Positions 31,063 through 40,646 of a stretch of DNA of 64,000 nucleotides are shown here, one piece after another. This DNA is from an uncultured Pelagibacteraceae bacterium. GTDB lineage: Bacteria > Pseudomonadota > Alphaproteobacteria > Pelagibacterales > AG-422-B15. The stretch is from assembly GCA_902517885.1 (NCBI GenBank), contig CABYDZ010000005.1, positions 2,893-66,892 on the forward strand, given 5' to 3'. The position numbers and the translations under genes are program-made. Every line of letters begins with the position of its first letter. Position 1 is the stretch's first letter. A model generated the notes under the pieces. That model saw only the letters and a program-made list of their open reading frames with translations. It did no database searches and was not told the DNA's origin.

Positions 31063-32329
31063 CCATTATAAATACTGCGTTACTCAATATAACAGGTGGC
31101 AATATAATGCCTTTTAAGCCTAGACTGTAAGTTGATAATACTTCACCTGTCTTTGGTGATACAATTTTTAATTCACCAAAGTAAGAAATATTATATAATA
31201 AATTATTTATTAAATAAGGACCTAGCCACAAATTCAGATCTTTCGCTTTTTGGCCTTTTTTATATTTATTAAGTTCTGTAATCCAAAAAACTTCACCAGT
31301 ATTTTTATTTAAACAGATAAGTTTTCCATCTTCATCAATGACATATACTTGACCTCCTGAAATAGTTGGTGTCCTGTATCCTGACAGATCAATTGCCCAA
31401 TTCCTTTTTCCATTAATAGCATTTGTTGATATCAATTTGCCGTTAGTGCTAACAGAAAAAATTGTATTACTTGATAAGACCGGACTAGCTGAAATATCTT
31501 TAATATCAAAATTACTCAATAATGAAATTTTTGAGACGTTTTCTGACCACAACGGCCTACCAGTGTCAATATCAAAAGCAACTAGTTCACCATTACTAAA
31601 TGGAGCTATGATTATGTTCTCAAAGCCTATTGGAGAAGCTGTAATGAGACTCTTTTTATCTTCTGCCACAGTTTGAAACGACCACTCTACATCACCAGTC
31701 TCGAGTGAAAGTGAAAATAATCGATTATCTGATGATATGAATAAAATCTGATTTCTATAAATTAGCGGTGGGGATAATATGGGAAATTCAATTTTTTTCT
31801 CCCATATTTTATTTCCATCACTAGAGTCAACAAGCAAAATCTGCCCATAAGCATCCACTAGCACTATTTTATTATCAAAATAAGCAAGTCCACCTCTTAT
31901 AACTTCATACTTTTTATTCGCATCAATTTTAATATCAATTGAAAATATTTTTTCATTACTTTTATGATTTTTACATTCTAAGAAACCTTTGGGCAAAACG
32001 TAGCAAATCAAATCATTAAAATAAATTGGCTGGATTATGTTAAGAGCTCCTCTTGTTCCAGAAACAATCTTTGTCTTATCTTCTATTAAAGATAAAGAGA
32101 ATATGTTATTCAAATTATTTCCAGGATTTTGAAAATGCTGCGACCAATAATTTACTTCTTTTGGAGGATCTAATCTTATATCTTCTATATTTAAACCTAT
32201 TGTTTCTGATATCTCTGCATCATAGGCCAATATAGAAAAGCTATTGGCATTTTCCTCAATTATTTCATTTTTTGTACAACTAAATATTACAAATGTTGAT
32301 AGTAAAATAATATATAAAATATTTCTCAT
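31031..32329 (-). CDS. bamB: outer-membrane protein assembly factor BamB (PQQ-like beta-propeller lipoprotein)
   Basis: 432 aa. Lipoprotein-like signal ..STFVIFSC, repeated propeller blades (..G..W...). Located between the yfgM-like gene and der. Confidence 0.85.
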   Translation of the reverse strand: MRNILYIILLSTFVIFSCTKNEIIEENANSFSILAYDAEISETIGLNIEDIRLDPPKEVNYWSQHFQNPGNNLNNIFSLSLIEDKTKIVSGTRGALNIIQPIYFNDLICYVLPKGFLECKNHKSNEKIFSIDIKIDANKKYEVIRGGLAYFDNKIVLVDAYGQILLVDSSDGNKIWEKKIEFPILSPPLIYRNQILFISSDNRLFSLSLETGDVEWSFQTVAEDKKSLITASPIGFENIIIAPFSNGELVAFDIDTGRPLWSENVSKISLLSNFDIKDISASPVLSSNTIFSVSTNGKLISTNAINGKRNWAIDLSGYRTPTISGGQVYVIDEDGKLICLNKNTGEVFWITELNKYKKGQKAKDLNLWLGPYLINNLLYNISYFGELKIVSPKTGEVLSTYSLGLKGIILPPVILSNAVFIMDENSNVFHFE

Positions 32330-32330
32330 A

Positions 32331-32963
32331 CTATTTAATTGTGTCTAAAAATTTAGTAGCTCTAATAACAATATCTCTTGGAGTATTAACATTATTAATT
32401 AGTTCATCAAATTTTTCTTTAGATATTTGAATTTTACCTGATAATAAATTTTTAATAGCAATAGTTTCTTTAAAAAGAAATTTAAAAGAACTATTTTCTA
32501 ATTTATCGCTGTCAATATATATATTGATTTCATCCATCGCCATATCATTTAAATTACTCATTAAATAAAAATAGATAGCCAGGTCTGTTATGATGTCATC
32601 TGTTTTGTCTGCATTGATTATTTCTAAAAGCTTGTCCTTGCTTTCTTGTATTTTTCCATTTTCCATTAATAAAGTTGCAATTTTAATTTGCGCAATACCT
32701 GAAATAAGTAATTGATTTGAATTTTCAATTTCACCTAGATTTTCAATCGTCTGATTAAAATCTACTAAATCTGAAGAACCAATATATTTCTCTACTTCTT
32801 CCTCATAAAATGACTGATTTACCGACTTGTTAATTTGATAACCAAGTACCGAACCAATTAATAAAATTAGTCCGCCAATTAAATAAACACGGTAACGTCT
32901 CCATAAATTTATTAGACGATCCTGTCTCAATTCTTCATCAACTTGCCTTAAAATATCTGACAT
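32331..32963 (-). CDS. YfgM-like membrane-anchored TPR protein
   Basis: 210 aa. A charged N-terminus, then one TM (VYLIGGLILLIGSVLGY), then a helical repeat region. Standard position upstream of bamB. Confidence 0.6.
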   Translation of the reverse strand: MSDILRQVDEELRQDRLINLWRRYRVYLIGGLILLIGSVLGYQINKSVNQSFYEEEVEKYIGSSDLVDFNQTIENLGEIENSNQLLISGIAQIKIATLLMENGKIQESKDKLLEIINADKTDDIITDLAIYFYLMSNLNDMAMDEINIYIDSDKLENSSFKFLFKETIAIKNLLSGKIQISKEKFDELINNVNTPRDIVIRATKFLDTIK

Positions 32964-33790
32964 TAATCTTCATCACCTTTTCTAACAATTTGAGGATTCA
33001 TGGCATAAGTATGCTCCTTAGATGGAAACTCTCTATTTCTCACCTCGTCAGCATATTGATGTGCTGCCTTTTTTATTAAACTTTCTAAATCAGCATATTT
33101 TTTTACAAACTTAGGGGCAATGTTAGTTAAGCCTAACATATCTTCTGTTACTAATACTTGGCCATCGCAATTAGGAGAGGCGCCTATGCCAATCGTTGGT
33201 ATCGATATTCTAGATGTGATCTCAGCAGCTAATGGTTCAGCCATCCCTTCTAGTACTACTGAAAATGCTCCAGCCTCTTCTATTGCAATTGCATCATCAA
33301 TATATTTACCCCAATCAAATTTATTTCTTCCTTTGACTTTATAACCACCATCTATGAGTACACTTTGAGGCTGAAGACCAATGTGTCCCATTACTGGGAT
33401 TGAACGGTCAGTTAAATATTTTACTGTTTCAAACATATTTCTTCCACCCTCAAGCTTTACTCCATTGCAGTTTGTTTCCTTCATTACCTTTGCAGCATTC
33501 ATAAAAGCTTTGTCAACAGACTCTTCATAAGTCCCAAAAGGCATATCAACTATAATACACGACTGTTTTGTTGCATTAACAACAGATTTTGAATGCTCTA
33601 TCATTTGAAAGAGTGTTACTGGCAATGTATTTTGATAGTCATACAGAACCATTCCGAGTGAGTCGCCTACTAATAAAAGATCACCGCAGCCATCAATAGA
33701 TCTTGCAATCGGTGATGTGTATGCCGTCAAGCAAACAATTGGGCCTTTTCCCTTTTGGTTTTTGATGTCAATTACAGATTTACGTTTCAT
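32963..33790 (-). CDS. panB: 3-methyl-2-oxobutanoate hydroxymethyltransferase
   Basis: 275 aa. CLTAYT, LVGDSLGMV, VKLEGG, GHIGLQPQS motifs. Confidence 0.96.
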   Translation of the reverse strand: MKRKSVIDIKNQKGKGPIVCLTAYTSPIARSIDGCGDLLLVGDSLGMVLYDYQNTLPVTLFQMIEHSKSVVNATKQSCIIVDMPFGTYEESVDKAFMNAAKVMKETNCNGVKLEGGRNMFETVKYLTDRSIPVMGHIGLQPQSVLIDGGYKVKGRNKFDWGKYIDDAIAIEEAGAFSVVLEGMAEPLAAEITSRISIPTIGIGASPNCDGQVLVTEDMLGLTNIAPKFVKKYADLESLIKKAAHQYADEVRNREFPSKEHTYAMNPQIVRKGDED

Positions 33791-33845
33791 CCAGCGGTTT
33801 ATACTTTAGAAATAGAAAAATTTCTATAAAAAGCTTAAAAACCGG

Positions 33846-34364
33846 CTATTTTCGCCTAACATTAGGGATTACTTCTTCTTGGTAACCTTCACTGAATGAG
33901 TCAGAGTCACCATAAATTTCTGCTTCAAACCACTTGATAAACTCATCTGACTTTATCCCTTTCCAATATTTCCATGATGATTGTGCTATAGGCGCTTTCA
34001 TAACTCCAAGTTTTAGCATATGCATTCTCATCTTTAAATGCGACTCATCAACAAAGCCTTTTTCAACTTTTTCGTAGGTATCGAATATATCCACCAATAA
34101 TGTATTTATAAAAATAGCGACGCGCCATTTATCTGAATTATCTAGGTCGCCTGTGGCCCAATCTTTTGCTAAAAAATTACTAAACTCCTTATCTTTAGCT
34201 GTATTAAAATATCTTTCATACATTCGTTGTGTAAGAGAGTGTCCAAATTGAGCTTTAGTAATTTCATTTTGTTGATGAATTTGTAATCCCAAATAAATAA
34301 CTGAGACGAGCACACCAAATGCCGCTACCATTTGTACAATAAGAAGAATAGTGTCTGTATTCAT
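33846..34364 (-). CDS. membrane-anchored protein of unknown function
   Basis: 172 aa. One N-terminal TM helix (ILLIVQMVAAFGVLVSVIYLGLQIHQQ), then a helical W/K/E-rich domain. Its start overlaps the photolyase stop (TAATG at 34362-34366). Confidence 0.6.
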   Translation of the reverse strand: MNTDTILLIVQMVAAFGVLVSVIYLGLQIHQQNEITKAQFGHSLTQRMYERYFNTAKDKEFSNFLAKDWATGDLDNSDKWRVAIFINTLLVDIFDTYEKVEKGFVDESHLKMRMHMLKLGVMKAPIAQSSWKYWKGIKSDEFIKWFEAEIYGDSDSFSEGYQEEVIPNVRRK

Positions 34365-35806
34365 TAGGATATTAAAGTTTTCGTTGTGGCAAATGCCTCT
34401 AAAGCTTTTTGACGGGATGAGCCAATTTCAACAATAGGCAGTGGATAATTCTCGCCAAGCTTTACACCTGCCGATCTTAGGACATCTTCAGGGGCTTCCC
34501 AAGGGTTAAATAAGAACTTATCTGGCATATCATTCAAAACAGGTAGGTATTTTCTTGTGTATTTTCCATCAGGATCAAATTTCTGTCCCTGAGTTATTGG
34601 GTTAAAAATTCTAAAATATGGAGCGGCATCCGCGCCTGAACCAGCAATCCATTGCCACCCAGCACTATTGCTCGCTAGATCAGCGTCAATCAAGCAGTCC
34701 CAAAACCATCTTTCTCCATGATGCCAATGTAAAAGTAAATTTTTTACAAGAAATGATCCCACTACCATTCTTAGTCTATTATGCATGTAACCTGTTTGCC
34801 ATAATTCTTGCATACCTGCATCTACAATCGGATAACCAGTTAGTCCTTTTTGCCATTTCTTTAATTTGTCTTTATCGTTATCCCATGGAAAATTGTCGAA
34901 CTTCTTTTGCAAGTTTTCTTTTGGAAGAAATGGAAAATGGTAGAGCAAATTAAAAGAAAACTCACGCCAACCTAATTCACTCAAGAAGTGGTCTAGGTCT
35001 TTCTTAATGCCCAATTTTCCCTCTTTTGTCTTAGCTCGGTACCACACTTGATTTGGCGAAACTTCGCCAAAGTGTAAGTGAGGTGAAAGTTGAGAAACAT
35101 TCTGATTGGATGGAAAATTTCTCCCTTCCTTATAATTATTCAATCCATTTGAAATAAACTCTTCAATCTTATTAAGTGCACCTTCTTCTCCAGGTGGCCA
35201 AAGAGAAATCATTTTATTATACCAATTGTGCTTAGGCATTAGCTCCAGGTCTTCTATTTTTAAATCATGATTATCAATTGATATTAAATTAGATAGATTA
35301 GGAACTGGCAGTGGCATCCGAGGCTTATCAGAATTTAGACACCCTTTACGATAGTATGGGGTGAATACTTTGTAGGGAGTGCCATCTTTTTTTGCTATAT
35401 TCCATGGCTCCCATAAAAGCGATCCATTAAAGGTATTCACGTTTACGTTTTGGTCATTGAAATGTTTTTTTATCTTTTTGTCTCTTCTGATTCTCCAAGG
35501 TTCATAACAGCGACTCCAAAATATATTTGAAATTTCAAATCGTTTGTTAATTACATCCAGAATATCTATCGGGTTGCCTCTAAAAAAACAGAGTTTATTT
35601 TTTAATGACTTGTTTAACTTGATTAATGAATGATGCAGCCACCACTTACTTGCAGCACCATTTACGTGTTCTTTTGAATTGAAATCATCTAATATAAAGA
35701 TTGGTAAGGTCTTGCCATCCTCAAGTGCATTAGTTAAAGCAGGATTGTCGGCTAAACGCAGGTCTTGCCTAAACCACATTACATTTATATTTTTTGCTAA
35801 CGCCAT
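34364..35806 (-). CDS. phrB: deoxyribodipyrimidine photolyase (class I CPD photolyase/cryptochrome family)
   Basis: 480 aa. N-terminal VMWFRQDLRLADNPAL. C-terminal FAD-binding segment WQWIAGSGADAAPYFRIFNPITQGQKFDPDGKYTRKYLP. Confidence 0.93.
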   Translation of the reverse strand: MALAKNINVMWFRQDLRLADNPALTNALEDGKTLPIFILDDFNSKEHVNGAASKWWLHHSLIKLNKSLKNKLCFFRGNPIDILDVINKRFEISNIFWSRCYEPWRIRRDKKIKKHFNDQNVNVNTFNGSLLWEPWNIAKKDGTPYKVFTPYYRKGCLNSDKPRMPLPVPNLSNLISIDNHDLKIEDLELMPKHNWYNKMISLWPPGEEGALNKIEEFISNGLNNYKEGRNFPSNQNVSQLSPHLHFGEVSPNQVWYRAKTKEGKLGIKKDLDHFLSELGWREFSFNLLYHFPFLPKENLQKKFDNFPWDNDKDKLKKWQKGLTGYPIVDAGMQELWQTGYMHNRLRMVVGSFLVKNLLLHWHHGERWFWDCLIDADLASNSAGWQWIAGSGADAAPYFRIFNPITQGQKFDPDGKYTRKYLPVLNDMPDKFLFNPWEAPEDVLRSAGVKLGENYPLPIVEIGSSRQKALEAFATTKTLIS

Positions 35807-35866
35807 AATTTATATATAGCCTAATTATAGCTAGTTTCCATGGATTTGAACTGAAAGTCTGCAGTA

Positions 35867-36382
35867 TTAGAAAGAATATTCAAAATTCTGAGTGGTTGGA
35901 TTATGTCCTAGGAGTTTTGCTCCATTTCTGATGTGGTAATGAGTAGCCATTGGTGTCAAAGGAGAGAGTGTTACAATCCTTTTGTACCCCATCTCTTTGC
36001 CAAATTTTAAAGCCTCTTCCATAATTTTTTTGCCCGCACCTTTTTTTCTCGACCACACAGTATAAGCAATTATTGTATCAGCATTTTGCTCGTAAACGGC
36101 CAGTCGGCTCATTAAATCCAATTCTTTTATTGAATGAGGAACGTCCTTTGTAAAAGCTAAACACATAACGCCTTCAATTTCATTATTATATTCTAAACCA
36201 TATATTTTTCTGTCATGAGTAGTTCTCCATTCAAGATCAAGCTCTGGTCTTACAGGGTCTTCAGAAACATCAATATTATCTAACTCAATAAATTTAGCTG
36301 TTTTAATCCAAGTAAAATCAGTAAAATTTAAATTAAATATTGATTTAAAAAAATTTAGAATTTTAAAAAATAATTTTTTCAT
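35867..36382 (-). CDS. GNAT-like acetyltransferase-fold protein, function unknown
   Basis: 171 aa. ..IIAYTVWSRKKGAGKKIMEEALKFGKEMGYKRIVTLSP resembles GNAT motif A (R/Q-x-x-G-x-G/A). The N-terminal ~70 aa are unrecognised. Confidence 0.55.
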   Translation of the reverse strand: MKKLFFKILNFFKSIFNLNFTDFTWIKTAKFIELDNIDVSEDPVRPELDLEWRTTHDRKIYGLEYNNEIEGVMCLAFTKDVPHSIKELDLMSRLAVYEQNADTIIAYTVWSRKKGAGKKIMEEALKFGKEMGYKRIVTLSPLTPMATHYHIRNGAKLLGHNPTTQNFEYSF

Positions 36383-36442
36383 TACTTTATTATAGTCGCA
36401 TTCAATCTAATTTTTAGGTTAGATTTTAGTTAAATAGTCTTC

Positions 36443-37981
36443 TTATTCCCACTCAATAGTACCAGGAGGCTTAGAAGTCGTATCGTAAACTACGCGATTA
36501 ATTCCTTTTACTTCATTTATAATTCGAGTTGATACTTTACTTAAAAATTCACCATTGAAAGGATAGAAATCAGCCGTCATGCCATCTACAGAAGTTACAG
36601 CTCTCAAGCCACAAACAAACTCATATGACCTTTGATCACCCATTACGCCAACAGTTCGGACAGGCAATAAAACTGCAAAAGCTTGCCAGATTTCATTGTA
36701 TAAATTGGCTGCTTTAATCTCATCAATATAAATTTTATCTGCATGTTGTAACATTCGTACTTTATCTTTTGTAATGTCACTTAATATTCGAATTCCTAAT
36801 CCAGGACCTGGAAACGGATGTCTTTGAATAAATTCTTTTGGTAATTTTAGCTCTTTACCAAGTCTACGAACTTCATCCTTAAATAATTCTTGTAAAGGTT
36901 CGACAAGACCCAGTTTCATTTCTTTAGGTAGGCCTCCAACATTGTGATGTGACTTGATTACTGAAGTTGGCCCCCCATGAAAACTTTGACTCTCTATTAT
37001 GTCTGGGTAGATCGTGCCTTGAGCTAAAAATTTTGCTTTAGAGATTTTGCAAGACTCAGCGTTAAATATTTTAATAAATAAATTGCCAATAATTTTACGT
37101 TTTTTTTCTGGATCAAATACTCCTTTAAGGGAAGTGAAGAATCTATTCTTGGCATTAACAGTAATAAGCTTTGATTTAAAATACTTTTTGAACAAATTTT
37201 GAACTTCCTCAGTTTCATTCAACCTCATTAAGCCAGTATCGACATAGATACATGTTAATTGTTTGTTAATTGCTCTTGAAATTATTGCTGCTGTCACCAT
37301 ACTGTCAACTCCTCCAGATAAACCGCAAATAACATGGTTTTTTTTAACCTTAATCTTTATTTTGGCAACTTGAGTTTTAAGATAGTTTTGCATGCTCCAT
37401 GTAGGTTTAGTTTTGCATATATTGATTATGAAGTTCTTTATTATCTTTTCACCTTGATATGTGTGAACAACTTCAGGATGAAATTGAAGACCGTAAATAT
37501 TTAGTTTTTTATTTTCTATGCCCACAAATTTAGAGTTTTTACTTTTCGCTATGGTTGTAAAATCATTAGGCAATTTAATTGCCTTGTCACCATGACTCAT
37601 CCATACATAATGTTGCTTATTTTTTAACTTAATGTTTTGAAAGAGCTTACTTTTATGAGTGTGCGTAATTAATGTTTTACCAAATTCGCGTTCCTTTGAT
37701 ATTTCAACCCTACCTCCAAGTTGATGAACTATAAGTTGCATTCCGTAGCAAATTCCTAGAATTGGAATATTTAGTGAAAAGATTTTCTTATCAATTTTTG
37801 GTGTACGCGACTTATGAACACTTGCAGGTCCTCCTGAAAATATAATTCCAGTTGGCTTCGTATCCTTGATTTTATGCAACAGGTTCTTATTACTTATAAT
37901 TTCACAATAAACGCTTGCTTCTCGAACCCTTCTTGCGATTAATTGAGTTACCTGAGAGCCGAAGTCTACAATATAAATCAT
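36443..37981 (-). CDS. guaA: GMP synthase (glutamine-hydrolysing)
   Basis: 512 aa. GATase CYGMQL, PP-loop GLSGGVDS, C-terminal ..SKPPGTIEWE. Confidence 0.97.
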   Translation of the reverse strand: MIYIVDFGSQVTQLIARRVREASVYCEIISNKNLLHKIKDTKPTGIIFSGGPASVHKSRTPKIDKKIFSLNIPILGICYGMQLIVHQLGGRVEISKEREFGKTLITHTHKSKLFQNIKLKNKQHYVWMSHGDKAIKLPNDFTTIAKSKNSKFVGIENKKLNIYGLQFHPEVVHTYQGEKIIKNFIINICKTKPTWSMQNYLKTQVAKIKIKVKKNHVICGLSGGVDSMVTAAIISRAINKQLTCIYVDTGLMRLNETEEVQNLFKKYFKSKLITVNAKNRFFTSLKGVFDPEKKRKIIGNLFIKIFNAESCKISKAKFLAQGTIYPDIIESQSFHGGPTSVIKSHHNVGGLPKEMKLGLVEPLQELFKDEVRRLGKELKLPKEFIQRHPFPGPGLGIRILSDITKDKVRMLQHADKIYIDEIKAANLYNEIWQAFAVLLPVRTVGVMGDQRSYEFVCGLRAVTSVDGMTADFYPFNGEFLSKVSTRIINEVKGINRVVYDTTSKPPGTIEWE

Positions 37982-37982
37982 A

Positions 37983-38381
37983 CTACTCAGCCAGTAATTT
38001 TAGATTATCAATTTCTTCACAGTCATTATCACAAAGGATTTCTAAATTAGAAATAAATTCGGCATAATCTTCTATGTTACCCAAGTTATACGCTGTCTTT
38101 CCTAAAAGAAAATTAAGTTCTAAATTGTGCGGCACTAATGTGAACGCAATATTATAATATTTATTAGCAGTGCTTAAATCGTCAATTTTTTCGTAAGATT
38201 TACCTAACAAAACAAACGATTCTGATGATTTGGGGTTAAAAACAATTTCCTTTTCTAAATATTTAATGGCTGTTTCGTAATTAGTTTCGTTGAAATTCTC
38301 TAAAGCATTATCATAAAAATTTGACGCTGACCAAGAATGCAATGAGTATAAAAAAAGAGTTAAAAATATAAAATATTTCAT
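37983..38381 (-). CDS. small secreted TPR-like protein
   Basis: Start moved to ATG 38381, which gives MKYFIFLTLFLYSLHSWSA (signal peptide) and removes the overlap with guaB. TPR-like repeats (..AIKYLEKEIVFNPKSSESFVLLGKSYEK..). Confidence 0.6.
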   Translation of the reverse strand: MKYFIFLTLFLYSLHSWSASNFYDNALENFNETNYETAIKYLEKEIVFNPKSSESFVLLGKSYEKIDDLSTANKYYNIAFTLVPHNLELNFLLGKTAYNLGNIEDYAEFISNLEILCDNDCEEIDNLKLLAE

Positions 38382-38385
38382 CAAC

Positions 38386-39852
38386 TTAAATGTTGGTTGG
38401 ATAATTTGGTGACTCACGAGTAATATCAACATCATGTACATGACTCTCTTTTAATCCTGCTCCTGTGATTTCAATAAACTGAACATTCTTTTTAAATTGC
38501 ATTATATCTTTTGAGCCTGTGTAGCCCATTGATGCTTTCAGGCCGCCAACGAGCTGGTATATTATTGGTGCTATTGGACCTTTGTAAGGCACTCTTCCTT
38601 CAATTCCTTCAGGTACATGTTTATTGCTTTCCGTAATTTCCTCTTGAAAATATCTATCTGCAGACCCTCGCGCCATTGCGCCCAAGGAACCCATTCCACG
38701 ATATGATTTATAACTTCTACCTTTAAATAAGTAGACTTCACCTGGTGACTCGTCAGTTCCTGCAAATAATGATCCTATCATAACTGCGTTAGCTCCTGCG
38801 CCAAGCGCTTTTGCAATATCTCCAGAATATTTTATACCTCCATCAGCAATAACAGGAATATTTTTTTTGTTTGCAATTTCAGCGCAATCCAAAATTGCTG
38901 AGAATTGAGGGACCCCTATTCCAGCAACCACCCGAGTAGTGCAAATTGACCCTGGACCTATGCCAACTTTTATACAATCTGCGCCTTTATCAATTAATTC
39001 TGCTGTAGCTTCTTTTGTAGCTACATTGCCAACAACTACATCAATGGAAAAATGAGATTTAATTTCCTCAAGAGTAGAAATGACTTTTTCTGAGTGGCCA
39101 TGGGCAGTATCTATTACTAAAACATCTACACCAGCATCAACTAAACGCTCAGCCCTATTAATTGCTTCTATTCCAACGCCTATTGCAGAACCTACTAACA
39201 GCCTACCTTTGGCATCCTTAGAAGCGTGAGGGTTCAATTGACTTTTTTCGATATCTTTCACTGTGATTAAGCCAATGCACTTTCTATTATCGTCAACAAC
39301 GATTAGTTTTTCAATTCTATGGGCATGTAGGAGTTTTTGGGCATCATCACTAGAGATTCCCTCTTTTACAGTAATCAAATTTTCACTTGTCATTAACTCA
39401 CTAATTTTTTGAGACATATTAGTTGCGAAACGCACATCTCTATTCGTTAAAATACCAAGCAATTTATCGTTACTATCTACTACAGGGACACCAGAGATCT
39501 GATGCTCTTTCATTAGATCTAAAGCATCTGATAGAGTGGCTTCAGGTGCTATGGTTACAGGATCAATTACCATGCCAGTTTCAAACTTTTTTACTTTTGC
39601 AACATTTTGTGCTTGATCGTCTATAGGCATATTTTTATGGAGTATCCCTAACCCACCAGATTGAGCAATAGCGATAGCTAACTTATATTCTGTGACAGTG
39701 TCCATTGCCGAGGAAATTAATGGTATACCAAGTTTAATATTTGAGGTTATAGATGTATGAGATTGGACCTCAGTTGGCAGAATAGATGAGCGCGCAGGCT
39801 TTATTAAAACATCATCAAATGAAAGGGATTTCTGAATAGTGGAGCGCTCCAT
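38386..39852 (-). CDS. guaB: IMP dehydrogenase
   Basis: 488 aa. Tandem CBS insert, catalytic [25 protein letters not shown]. Confidence 0.97.
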   Translation of the reverse strand: MERSTIQKSLSFDDVLIKPARSSILPTEVQSHTSITSNIKLGIPLISSAMDTVTEYKLAIAIAQSGGLGILHKNMPIDDQAQNVAKVKKFETGMVIDPVTIAPEATLSDALDLMKEHQISGVPVVDSNDKLLGILTNRDVRFATNMSQKISELMTSENLITVKEGISSDDAQKLLHAHRIEKLIVVDDNRKCIGLITVKDIEKSQLNPHASKDAKGRLLVGSAIGVGIEAINRAERLVDAGVDVLVIDTAHGHSEKVISTLEEIKSHFSIDVVVGNVATKEATAELIDKGADCIKVGIGPGSICTTRVVAGIGVPQFSAILDCAEIANKKNIPVIADGGIKYSGDIAKALGAGANAVMIGSLFAGTDESPGEVYLFKGRSYKSYRGMGSLGAMARGSADRYFQEEITESNKHVPEGIEGRVPYKGPIAPIIYQLVGGLKASMGYTGSKDIMQFKKNVQFIEITGAGLKESHVHDVDITRESPNYPTNI

Positions 39853-39895
39853 CTCTGATGATTAAATTATTTAACAAATTATGTCAATCAAGGTG

Positions 39896-40537
39896 TTATT
39901 TTTTTCTAAGGCAAACTAAATAAATTTCACTTGAATTTTTCCTACTTGATTTTGGCTTAAATGAAGTAACTTTATGAAAATTCCTTTTACATATAGTAAG
40001 TACGTCTGAAATATCACCTGTTCTGAAATACTTAGCCACAAAATGGCCATTAGTATTAAGATTCTGAAGAGAATAACTTAATGCATTCTCAACTAAATCC
40101 TTGGAAAGAAGAAAATCAGACACTTTATTGCCCGACAAGTTGGGCGAGATATCAGAAAGCACTAGATCAAATTCACCTATAGTTTTAGAGATTTTTTCGA
40201 ATTCGGGAGATAAAAAGTCTGATCTATAAAAAGTAACGCCTTTAATTTCTTCCATTTCCAGGATATCTACGGCAATTATTGAATTTAGACTTTTCCCATG
40301 ATTTTTAAGTACTTGGCACCAACTTCCAGGCGCTGAACCAAGATCAATTACATTTTTAGCCTCATTTAAAATTTTATATTTCTCAATAATTTCAACTAAC
40401 TTGTATGCAGCCCTTGATCTATAGTTATCACTAATAGACTTCTGCACAAATTCATCATCTGCATGCCTTTTAAGCCATTTCTTATTTTTATCTTTGAATG
40501 ATTTATTCTTTATTTTCATAAAGTTGTTATTTTTCAA
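39896..40537 (-). CDS. rlmE: 23S rRNA (uridine2552-2'-O)-methyltransferase
   Basis: 213 aa. YRSRAAYKLVEI, DLGSAPGSWCQV, LSDISPN motifs of FtsJ/RlmE. Confidence 0.93.
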   Translation of the reverse strand: MKNNNFMKIKNKSFKDKNKKWLKRHADDEFVQKSISDNYRSRAAYKLVEIIEKYKILNEAKNVIDLGSAPGSWCQVLKNHGKSLNSIIAVDILEMEEIKGVTFYRSDFLSPEFEKISKTIGEFDLVLSDISPNLSGNKVSDFLLSKDLVENALSYSLQNLNTNGHFVAKYFRTGDISDVLTICKRNFHKVTSFKPKSSRKNSSEIYLVCLRKK

Positions 40538-40584
40538 TTATTTAACAATAAATACATACTACTTGAAATGTAGCTAATTACCAA

Positions 40585-40622
40585 TATATCACTTTGATAT
40601 AGGTATTGATTATATATATCAA
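40585..40622 (+). promoter_or_regulatory. paired inverted repeats upstream of tolC; candidate operator (PadR?) and/or promoter elements
   Basis: Perfect 7-3-7 inverted repeat TATATCA-CTT-TGATATA (40585-40601), followed by TTGAT-TATATAT-ATCAA (40606-22). They lie 25-60 nt upstream of the tolC ATG. The shared half-site is TGATA/TATCA. Confidence 0.3.
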
Positions 40623-40646
40623 CCTGATACAGATACCCTTTTTATA

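Noticed and set aside
33807-33826. A+T-rich hairpins in spacers: TAGAAAT-N6-ATTTCTA at 33807-33826, and AATCTAA-N8-TTAGATT at 36404-36425.
   Set aside because: The 7-bp stems are almost pure A:T with no following T-tract on the transcribed (minus) strand. They are not supportable as terminators without data.
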